Shown piece after piece: positions 56,991 to 64,000 of a DNA stretch of 64,000 nucleotides. How positions within the stretch are numbered: position 1 is the first letter of the stretch; each line of letters starts with the position of its first letter. The translations under genes and the position numbers were made by a program. The notes under the pieces are model-generated. The model was not told where the DNA came from, did not search any database, and worked only from the letters and a program-made list of their open reading frames with translations. The DNA comes from Candidatus Woykebacteria bacterium (lineage in GTDB: Bacteria; Patescibacteriota; Microgenomatia; Woykebacterales; RBG-16-39-9b), in NCBI GenBank assembly GCA_040876265.1, contig JBBDPN010000001.1, forward strand, positions 374,208 to 438,207, in the 5' to 3' direction.

Positions 56991-57385
56991 TCAAACAGCT
57001 TTAACTAGCTTGCAAAAAGCCCATTTTTTATCTTTTCAATTCGGACCGGAATTTTTCCAATTTGCCCAAAATTTCGTGCCTGAGCTAGGACTATGGATTC
57101 GAACCAAATGAAGTAGGTAAAATCTCTCTATCGCCGACTCTTTCATTTATCGTCCGGCTGGTGACTTGACTGCATTTTTCAGTTTTGAATGCACTTCACG
57201 GTTAGATAACTTAGTAGTTTCTTTATTTGTCAAACCTATTTTAGCTTCCATATACGCATAAATTATCTCATATTTAGCCTTGTTTTTGAAGTTAAACAAA
57301 CAATCGTGGTAAAATCTGCCTACCTTTTGTCCTAAAGAATTATAGGTATTACCACCTGTGATATTAGCAATGAGAGCTAAAAACT

Positions 57386-57889
57386 ATGCCGGATATGATA
57401 GAGAAACTTAAATTAGTTTTAATTGGCAAAACTTTGTTTGACCGAATAATGATTTTATTGCTGGTTATTGTTTTAGCTGTTTTTGCTTTGTATTTTGGTT
57501 TCCTTGCTGACGTAGGGACTCACAGCAGATACTTTGCCCGGAGAGACTTCAACAATGCTTTTGCCGCTAGGCAGACCGGTAATTGTGACCTATTCGAATC
57601 ATATATGGTCAATGATCAGGACAAGTGGAACGATAGGTGTGTTGAGGAAAGTAAATCGGTTGATGAAAAAGCCTCGATAGAAAGTTTTTCCATTGAAAAC
57701 ATCACAGTCAATGGCAACAAAGCCTTCCTACAGGTCAAACTAAAAAGAGATTTGTTTGGTGTAGAGTTGGAGGAGGGCAAAAAATTAGATTTAGATTATA
57801 CTGCTAACTACACAATGGAAAAAACCAATGAAAGGTTTTTTGGTATTCCTAAAACAAAATGGGTTATTACGAACAAGGTTGATAATTAG
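57386..57889 (+). CDS. Hypothetical N-terminally membrane-anchored protein
   Basis: 167 aa with one N-terminal TM segment and a soluble domain of unknown function. Confidence 0.35.
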   Translation: MPDMIEKLKLVLIGKTLFDRIMILLLVIVLAVFALYFGFLADVGTHSRYFARRDFNNAFAARQTGNCDLFESYMVNDQDKWNDRCVEESKSVDEKASIESFSIENITVNGNKAFLQVKLKRDLFGVELEEGKKLDLDYTANYTMEKTNERFFGIPKTKWVITNKVDN

Positions 57890-57894
57890 AATTT

Positions 57895-57990
57895 ATGAAA
57901 ACAATTCGGGTTCTTATTCTTGAAGACGATTTGGAAGGATTTGCAGACAAAGTAGTAGAAGAAGTAAAAAGTATCTCACAAGGTTTGTAA
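57895..57990 (+). pseudogene. 31-aa ORF resembling the N-terminus of a response-regulator receiver domain (relic or micro-ORF)
   Basis: MKTIRVLILEDDLEGFADKVVEEVKSISQGL stops after 31 codons. RVLILEDD is the canonical receiver beta1/acidic-pocket start. Confidence 0.3.
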
Positions 57991-58011
57991 TAAGCCTAGG
58001 AGCAGTCAAAT

Positions 58012-58707
58012 ATGAAGATGGATATTTATCTTGGCAAGGATAAAGAAGGAAAAGATTTTTATCTTGATTTCGAGAAGGAAAGCATACATCTCACACTTTT
58101 ATTAGGTGAGACAGGCTCGGGCAAAAGCATTTTCCACGGAAACCTTTATAGGCAAATCTCCTCTAACAGTACCCCTGAAGAAGCAGGTCTTGTCTTTTTT
58201 GATATGACTAGAGTTGATTTTAACCATTGGGAGAAATCCTCTTATTTATATCACCCGGTTACAGTTGATACAGACGAGGCTACAGAGCTTCTTGAGAAAT
58301 TAGCCGGGGAAAGCGAGTTGAGAGCAAAGGGTAAGCAAGACAACGGTAGAGCCATTTTTATTCATATCGAGGAGTGCGATATGTTTTATGCCTACCCAGA
58401 GAGGGTAAGCAACGCTTTAGCTAAAATCCTTGAACAAAAAGACAAAACCAATATGTACATTGTTTTCTCTACCAGCAGGATAGACCCTGAATTTTTAACT
58501 AATCTTTTGAAAATTGCAGACCTAAAAGTGGTATTCCACACTGCTACTGCCGAAGATTCCAATCTTCTGTTAGGAAACGAAAGTATGTGGGATCAAGAGT
58601 CAAATTCTGAAAACGCTGGTGAAAGAGTTTTGGTCTTTCGAGATAAGCAAGTTCTCTGTCAACCATTTACAGAGGAAGAGGTAAAAAGGCTAGAGGAAGA
58701 TTTTTAA
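58012..58707 (+). CDS. Compact FtsK/SpoIIIE-superfamily ATPase (231 aa, RecA-like core only)
   Basis: HLTLLLGETGSGKS is Walker A in the FtsK context HLLIAGTTGSGKS. EEAGLVFFDMTRVDF parallels P-E-V-IDPK. FIHIEECDMF is a Walker B-like motif. VFSTSRIDPEFLTNLLKIADLKVVFHTATAEDSNLLLG parallels FtsK ATQRP...DSR. It has no alpha or gamma domains. An SD AGGAG is present. Confidence 0.6.
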   Translation: MKMDIYLGKDKEGKDFYLDFEKESIHLTLLLGETGSGKSIFHGNLYRQISSNSTPEEAGLVFFDMTRVDFNHWEKSSYLYHPVTVDTDEATELLEKLAGESELRAKGKQDNGRAIFIHIEECDMFYAYPERVSNALAKILEQKDKTNMYIVFSTSRIDPEFLTNLLKIADLKVVFHTATAEDSNLLLGNESMWDQESNSENAGERVLVFRDKQVLCQPFTEEEVKRLEEDF

Positions 58708-58752
58708 TTTTGAAACTCACACCCGCGACTAAATAAACACGCTTGTTTAGTT

Positions 58753-59190
58753 TCATCTTTTATCAATGAAATTAATTTGGATATTAAACTCTTGCTCTAC
58801 CTTGGCTTCTGCTGGTCTCATTACTCCTACCCTGTCCAAAGCTTCTCTGGCGGCTGTTATTCTAGTTCCTTGCTTAAATCCTTTGCTTTCAGCTGTCTCC
58901 ACCAGTAGAGCTGCCATTCTTGGAGCGGCTGATTTTAGTATTACTCTTGCTTCTTCCAAGTTTGCATCCAATATCTCCTGAACTTCTACATTTTTCAACA
59001 AACGAGAAGCAGCCTTTGAAGCAATTATGCGATTTTTTGCCTTATAACCTGCTTTAGTATAGGCTTCAATAGCGTTATAACCATTGTTAAAGTATTCTTG
59101 AAGGAATTTTGCGTGCTTTGGGGAGAGGCGTTTTACCTTCTCTTCTAAAGCTCTAGCATGTCCGCTTTTTACTAATCTAGTTTCACTCAT
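58753..59190 (-). CDS. Phage terminase small subunit (Terminase_2/P27-like)
   Basis: HAKFLQEYFNNGYNAIEAYTKAGYKAKNRIIASKAASRLLKNVEVQEIL matches the terminase small-subunit HTH signature. Length is 145 aa. Confidence 0.6.
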   Translation of the reverse strand: MSETRLVKSGHARALEEKVKRLSPKHAKFLQEYFNNGYNAIEAYTKAGYKAKNRIIASKAASRLLKNVEVQEILDANLEEARVILKSAAPRMAALLVETAESKGFKQGTRITAAREALDRVGVMRPAEAKVEQEFNIQINFIDKR

Positions 59191-59270
59191 AAGCTAATTT
59201 TAACAAAATTGAATTTGCGGTTCTACTTAAAGAAGAATTTAATTCGAATTTCGGTATGAGACTTTGTGAT

Positions 59271-60128
59271 CTAACCTTCCAACTCTAGGTTGACCTCAAT
59301 TTCATAATTATCTTGTGTTTGAAAAACTTGTTTAAATATTCTATCTGTTATACCTGCAATCAGGTTTGAATCGAAACCGCACTCAGCTTGCACAGCAGAA
59401 TCATTAATGATGGGACTAATATTGTAGCTCTCAAGAAGATCCCTAATTTGTTTCATTTTTTCCATTTTTTCAGCCGGATCAACATTTTCGAAAAGAAATG
59501 GTACGTCCATGATTAAACTATTTTCGTCTAGAGCAAATTGTACAAAATGATCCATCCCTTTAGGGTAGAAAGAAACAAACGCTCCAAAAGCACCTCTCTT
59601 ACCGCTACCTACTAATTCATCTAATTTTTCCTTTATAAACTTAATTTGTGGGGTTTCTGCAAACTCTCTCTGCGAAGGCTTTTGTTTTTCTTCACCCTTC
59701 TCTACTTCTAAGCCAATTTGCTCTAGTACTTTGTCTTTAACTTTGGTTTTTCCTTCTATAGCTTCGTTTAAAAGTGAAGTTAGTTTCGATTCATCCCATA
59801 TGCTAATGTCATATTTTTTGGCTAGCTGATAGTCCTTATCGGATATTTCACTTCCGATTAATACTAAGACAATCTTATCAAAATTAAGTTCCCTATTTTT
59901 GCTGTCCCATTGGTGAATTAAATTTCGTACTGCTAGTGTACTTCTTTCATATTGCTTACATTCCATAGCCACTTTTTTGCCAGAGTATTCAAAAGTAACA
60001 TCTATCTCATAACCCTCACGAATTTGATTCAGTAGTGGATTTAGTCCCACTAACCTAAGAATCTGTTCTACTGTTCGTTCTAGTAAAGTTCCTGATCTTG
60101 AAGTAGTCATATTATTAAAACGATTCAA
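59271..60128 (-). CDS. Mrr-cat/PD-(D/E)xK restriction-endonuclease-like N-domain fused to a C-terminal domain of unknown function
   Basis: LERTVEQILRLVGLNPLLNQIREGYEIDVTFEYSGKKVAMECKQY gives the D...E-x-K nuclease motif. It is followed by ~150 aa with no recognisable motif. Confidence 0.5.
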   Translation of the reverse strand: MNRFNNMTTSRSGTLLERTVEQILRLVGLNPLLNQIREGYEIDVTFEYSGKKVAMECKQYERSTLAVRNLIHQWDSKNRELNFDKIVLVLIGSEISDKDYQLAKKYDISIWDESKLTSLLNEAIEGKTKVKDKVLEQIGLEVEKGEEKQKPSQREFAETPQIKFIKEKLDELVGSGKRGAFGAFVSFYPKGMDHFVQFALDENSLIMDVPFLFENVDPAEKMEKMKQIRDLLESYNISPIINDSAVQAECGFDSNLIAGITDRIFKQVFQTQDNYEIEVNLELEG

Positions 60129-60300
60129 CTATACCAAAGAAATTCTTTTTTACCAACCAACCCTACTCTAAACTATACAAATTAGAATATACCGTTGTAT
60201 AAAGGTACATCTCATTATTTGAACAATATTTGTATTAGTACGATATGGTGGTTTTCTTGTACCTGTCAAGCAGAAGTGGTAAAATTAACCTACTTAGTTT

Positions 60301-60576
60301 ATGGATGTAAATAATCTTCAGAAAAAAGTAGATGCTTTTGAAAAAAGAGTAGAAAGACTGGAAGGAAAAGTGTTTGCGCCAGCTGCAAGCCAAGATGAAC
60401 TTTTTGCCCAGGCGGAAGAATTAACAAAAACTTATGATCGCATCTCGACAGCGCTTATTCAGCGAAAATTGCGAGTAGGTTACGCTAGGGCTGCTAGGCT
60501 ACTGGATCTACTCGAAGAAGCCGGATTGGTTTCTGTAGGAGACGACTCCAAACCCCGAGAAGTTTTGAAAAAGTAA
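60301..60576 (+). CDS. Stand-alone FtsK gamma (KOPS-binding winged-helix) domain protein with N-terminal coiled coil
   Basis: [60 protein letters not shown] matches the FtsK_gamma consensus ([29 protein letters not shown]...skpReVL). Length is 91 aa. A TTGTAC-N17-TAAAAT promoter lies upstream. Confidence 0.75.
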   Translation: MDVNNLQKKVDAFEKRVERLEGKVFAPAASQDELFAQAEELTKTYDRISTALIQRKLRVGYARAARLLDLLEEAGLVSVGDDSKPREVLKK

Positions 60577-60684
60577 CTTCCTATCCTAGATTTTCAGCTT
60601 CATTTCTGCTAAAATAGCCTCACATAAGTCGGGCAATATTCTCATTTTTAGCTTTCGTTCAGATATTCCCTATTTACCAATAAA

Positions 60685-62466
60685 ATGAAAAGTTTAAGAA
60701 ATGTGGCCATTATTGCTCATGTGGACCACGGAAAAACCACTTTGGTTGATGCTCTTCTTCGCCAGAGTAATACGAAGCTTCACAAGGATTTGGTAGGATC
60801 CTCCCTCATCATGGATTCAAATGAATTAGAAAAAGAGCGGGGTATCACGATATTTTCCAAAAATGCTTCCGTACTTTGGAAAGAAACAAAGATAAATATC
60901 ATCGATACCCCAGGGCATGCTGATTTCGGAGGTGAAGTCGAGAGAGTCCTAAAGATGGCGGATGGTTGCCTGTTACTTGTGGATGCGAAAGAAGGCCCTA
61001 TGCCCCAAACTAGATTTGTCCTCAAAAGGGCTTTGGAGATGGGTCACAAAGTGATTGTGGTGGTAAACAAAATTGACCGGCCTGATGCCCGGATCGACTA
61101 TGTGGTAAACAAAACTTTTGATCTTTTTGTAGAGCTTGGAGCTAGCGACGAAGCTGCATTTTTCCCCACTGTTTACGCTTCTGCGAAAAAAGGTTTGGCC
61201 GGATTGGAAACTAATCTATCCAAAATGGAGGATATCGCCCCTGTCTTTGAAGCTATTTTGGAACATGTTCCGGCTCCGATTGGAGAATCCACCAAGCCTC
61301 TACAAATGCTAGTCACCACTATAGTAGGAGACAATCATATTGGGCGAGTAGCTACCGGCCGGATCTACAACGGCAGTTTAAAGGCCGGGCAAGAAGTTAC
61401 TCATATCAATCGTGTGGGTGAAATGAAAAAGCACCGTCTCACCGCTCTTATCGGTTTTGCCGGCTTGGAGAAAATCGAAATAAAAGAAGCCGGTGCTGGA
61501 GATATCGTTGCGATCGCCGGAATACCGGAAATAAATATTGGTGAAACTATCGCCGATCCAAATGATTCTATCGCCCTACCCCTCCTTGATATAGAGGAGC
61601 CCACTATCAATATGACCTTTTCGGTAAATGCCTCGCCCTTTGCTGGTAGAGAAGGGCAGTTTAAAACTTCCAGGCAGATCCGCGAGAGACTTTTCCGCGA
61701 GCTGGAAACAGATATGGCCCTCAAAGTATCTGATGGCGAAAGCGGAGATTGGATTGTGTCTGGTCGGGGCGAGCTGCATCTAGCTATATTTATAGAAAGA
61801 CTGCGTCGTGAAGGGTACGAATTTCAAGTGTCTAGGCCGGAAGTGATCACCAAAGAAGTGGACGGAGAAATCCGAGCCCCTACGGAAAAAGTATTCATTG
61901 AGGTTCCAGAAATTTACTCTGGTATCGTGATCCAAAAAATGGGTATTCGTGGGTCAAAGATGGTTGGAGTAAATAGCGAAAACGGCATTGTAACCAGCGA
62001 GTTTATCATTCCCACCCGCCGGCTTTTTGGTTACCGAAGCGAGTTTATAACTGATACCAAGGGTACTGGGATCATAAACACTATGTTTCACAGTTTCGAA
62101 AAAGATGATGGACAATCACACGAAAGGACAAGGGGCTCCCTAGTAGCTTATGAAAGTGGAGTGACTACTTTGTATGGGCTTACTCATGCTCAAGGTAGAG
62201 GAACTTTATTTATCGGACCAGGAACCAAGATTTATAAAGGTCAGGTGATTGGCCAAAATTCACGAGGCGAGGATATCAGGGTAAATGTGATTAAAGAAAA
62301 ACAAAAGACAAATATGCGCTCTCGTGGGGAGGGTGTATCAGAGCATTTCAATGCACCAAGTCCCATGGGTCTGGAAGATGCTCTCGAATACATCGACGAT
62401 TCGGAACTGGTTGAAGTGACACCGGAAAATATTCGTACCCGAAAAAAAGAATTAAATTTTAAATAA
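60685..62466 (+). CDS. typA: Translational GTPase TypA/BipA
   Basis: AIIAHVDHGKTTLVDALLRQS, DTPGHADFGGEVER and NKIDRP are the BipA-type G domain motifs. Length is 593 aa. Confidence 0.9.
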   Translation: MKSLRNVAIIAHVDHGKTTLVDALLRQSNTKLHKDLVGSSLIMDSNELEKERGITIFSKNASVLWKETKINIIDTPGHADFGGEVERVLKMADGCLLLVDAKEGPMPQTRFVLKRALEMGHKVIVVVNKIDRPDARIDYVVNKTFDLFVELGASDEAAFFPTVYASAKKGLAGLETNLSKMEDIAPVFEAILEHVPAPIGESTKPLQMLVTTIVGDNHIGRVATGRIYNGSLKAGQEVTHINRVGEMKKHRLTALIGFAGLEKIEIKEAGAGDIVAIAGIPEINIGETIADPNDSIALPLLDIEEPTINMTFSVNASPFAGREGQFKTSRQIRERLFRELETDMALKVSDGESGDWIVSGRGELHLAIFIERLRREGYEFQVSRPEVITKEVDGEIRAPTEKVFIEVPEIYSGIVIQKMGIRGSKMVGVNSENGIVTSEFIIPTRRLFGYRSEFITDTKGTGIINTMFHSFEKDDGQSHERTRGSLVAYESGVTTLYGLTHAQGRGTLFIGPGTKIYKGQVIGQNSRGEDIRVNVIKEKQKTNMRSRGEGVSEHFNAPSPMGLEDALEYIDDSELVEVTPENIRTRKKELNFK

Positions 62467-62618
62467 ATACAGATATACTTCTAGATCGCATAATGAATAA
62501 AAAATTGATCGATAAAAAACTTCTAATCCACTGAATTGCTTCAAAGCGGGAGACAAATAGATTCTTAAATGATAACTTTAGTAATTACCTAGAAAAACAA
62601 ATAAAAAGTAACCATAGG

Positions 62619-62822
62619 TTGAAAATAAAAATTGAAATTAAAACACCAGGCGAGGAGAAATCTCTTCAGGCAGTGGATTTTGTTAGTTGGGCAATTCAGA
62701 GAAGATTGCGAATAGGTTACGCCCGAGCTGCACGACTTTTGGATATGCTAGAAGAAGCTGGATTAGTGGATAGGGCAGATGGTTCCAAATCTCGAGAAGT
62801 CTTGAAAAATAATTCCCTGTAA
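62619..62822 (+). CDS. Second stand-alone FtsK gamma domain protein (paralog)
   Basis: The 67-aa protein contains [41 protein letters not shown]. Nucleotide identity to the gamma region of 60301-60576 is roughly 75% by eye. Confidence 0.65.
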   Translation: MKIKIEIKTPGEEKSLQAVDFVSWAIQRRLRIGYARAARLLDMLEEAGLVDRADGSKSREVLKNNSL

Positions 62823-62921
62823 ACTGCAATCTACCAACCACCAACTACTATCTACTTATTCTAACCCTTCTCCTCCCCGTTTTTAGATTGACAAAGAAAT
62901 TTTTTGTACTAAGATTTATAT

Positions 62922-63302
62922 ATGGACGATCATCAGGATCACGAAGACCTCATAAAAAACCTTACCAAAGAATATTCAGCTATTCTGGAAAGCTCCTCTC
63001 AAGGGATCTATATTTATCTTGATGACAACCACAAACTTTGCAACGAAAAATTTGCGCAGATGCTTGGTTACAGCGTCGAAGAATGGTCAAAACCGTCAGA
63101 ATTTATTGAAACGTATGTAGCGAAAGAAAGTGGGGAGAGACTTGTTTCAGCTTTTCAAGATGCCATGGAAAAATCAATGGCCTCAGAAATTGACGTAACC
63201 TGGAAAAAGAAAGATAGTTCTACTGTCGAAACAGATGTTATTTTGGTTCCTATCAGTTTCGAAGGTCACCACTTTGCTCTTCATTTTGTTACTTCAGATT
63301 AA
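62922..63302 (+). CDS. Small PAS-like domain protein
   Basis: 126 aa. ILESSSQGIYIYLDDNHKLCNEKFAQMLGYSVEEW is a PAS-like pattern. No output domain is present. Confidence 0.4.
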   Translation: MDDHQDHEDLIKNLTKEYSAILESSSQGIYIYLDDNHKLCNEKFAQMLGYSVEEWSKPSEFIETYVAKESGERLVSAFQDAMEKSMASEIDVTWKKKDSSTVETDVILVPISFEGHHFALHFVTSD

Positions 63303-63605
63303 TTTCAAATTTTTAATCCTTCCTAATTAGTTTATTCTTTATTTTCTTGTTTTAGGCTAGGGAAAAAGAGTAGCCTATGAAATTCGCGGATTTTCGAGGA
63401 TTTTCTTGGCAACTAGTTTCTGTTTGTGTGTAGCTCCCATTAGCCTCAATTATGCCATATTTTGAGGGGTTTTTGAAGTAGCTGTTATTAAAAAGGTAAG
63501 AAACGTTGAAGCTAAACCTACAGAATGGTAAAATCAGCTACCAACTTACTCTTTGCTAGGCTGAATTGATATTGAAAAATTTATTATCGCAAAAAGTAAG
63601 TAACT

Positions 63606-64000
63606 ATGGATATAAAATACGGTCGAGGCAAATTTAATGCCCATAAAAATTACATAGACTATATGTCAGAAATAGTTGCACACGACAACTATAAAGGCAT
63701 GCCTAATGCTATTGATGAGAAGACCGGCAGAATAAATTGGCAAGTAAGTTCTGGTAAAACCACATCCTTTTACAAACACTATTTAGCCAGAGCCGATTGG
63801 TGGACAAAAAAAGCAAACGAGCTAGGTCTTAAAGGTTCAGGAAACTCAGATAACAGATTCTCGATTACTGCGAGATTATTGCATCCAACTGGAATGAGAC
63901 CATGCAGACTGTGCGGTAATCTTCTTCATATTGGCTACATGTATTTAAATTATGTTTTAGCAAAAAAATGGAATAATCTGAGTTCACAAAAAGATATATT
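63606..64000 (+). CDS. 5' part of an ORF running off the window; possibly a type II/IIS restriction-endonuclease-like protein (speculative)
   Basis: My own translation gives MDIKYGRGKFNAHKNYIDYMSEIVAHDNYKGMPNAIDEKTGRINWQVSS... with no stop before the window end. The pattern YKGMP...I.WQ weakly recalls Eco31I/Esp3I-family N-termini. The ORF is absent from the supplied track because it has no stop. Confidence 0.3.
   Translation, partial: MDIKYGRGKFNAHKNYIDYMSEIVAHDNYKGMPNAIDEKTGRINWQVSSGKTTSFYKHYLARADWWTKKANELGLKGSGNSDNRFSITARLLHPTGMRPCRLCGNLLHIGYMYLNYVLAKKWNNLSSQKDI

Noticed and set aside
56864-57000. Second tRNA, tRNA-Sec, tmRNA, SRP RNA or RNase P RNA immediately after tRNA-Glu
   Set aside because: The segment has a 7-bp acceptor-like terminal helix. 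It does not have a 7-nt anticodon loop or a canonical T-loop, and I did not see the tmRNA tag-reading-frame/tRNA-Ala end or the SRP domain IV and RNase P P4 motifs. It is kept as an unclassified structured RNA candidate.
56863-60300. Complete integrated prophage/ICE with integrase and att repeats at the tRNA
   Set aside because: No integrase, large terminase, capsid or tail genes are present. I found no copy of the tRNA 3' end downstream. Only a decayed patch of mobile-type genes can be supported.
1-64000. CRISPR arrays, rRNA genes, insertion sequences with terminal inverted repeats
   Set aside because: No regularly spaced direct repeats, no rRNA-like conserved stretches, and no transposase ORFs were seen on either strand.

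Overview
This 64 kb window has about 38-40% GC with a few GC-rich patches. The gene content is bacterial (SecA, FtsE/FtsX/EnvC-like, GreA, RF2, TypA/BipA, UppP). Several enzymes are archaeal-type: a class I LysRS, a pyruvoyl-dependent arginine decarboxylase (PdaD) and an archaeal-type UMP kinase. From this I infer a small-genome Candidate Phyla Radiation (Patescibacteria) bacterium.

Layout:
(i) 1-19 kb is one tightly packed minus-strand cell-surface polysaccharide operon. It carries a complete WbpA/B/D/E/I-type UDP-2,3-diacetamido-mannuronic acid pathway, six GT-B glycosyltransferases, a Wzx flippase, a Wzy-like polymerase and a LicC-like/TagF-like pair. A VapBC toxin-antitoxin module sits inside it next to a remnant of a second DegT gene.
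(ii) 19-24 kb holds a small secreted cationic peptide, a SAM methyltransferase and two tandem LtaS/sulfatase-like membrane enzymes.
(iii) 24-43 kb is housekeeping: glmS, yvcK, galE, a GT2 glycosyltransferase, secA, pcm, gtrA, prfB, envC-ftsX-ftsE, a lamin-tail-domain protein, tsaE, a polyprenyl synthase and an archaeal-type pyrH.
(iv) 43.3-45.7 kb contains pdaD followed by a 1.9 kb GC-rich island (MFS transporter plus GNAT-like protein).
(v) 45.7-56.6 kb contains an orphan sensor kinase, a truncated TsaB, uppP, a spermidine-synthase-like gene, serS, a YqeK-like HD protein, class I lysK, three consecutive YfbR-type HD domains (one gene is a tandem fusion) and greA with a leader terminator.
(vi) tRNA-Glu(CUC) at 56787-56863 is followed immediately by a GC-rich structured RNA-like element.
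(vii) Next comes a degraded mobile/prophage-like patch: a 231-aa compact FtsK-like ATPase, a terminase small subunit, an Mrr-cat nuclease fusion and a 31-aa receiver-domain relic. Two paralogous stand-alone FtsK gamma-domain genes flank typA, and the last ORF runs off the window.

I saw no rRNA and no CRISPR array.
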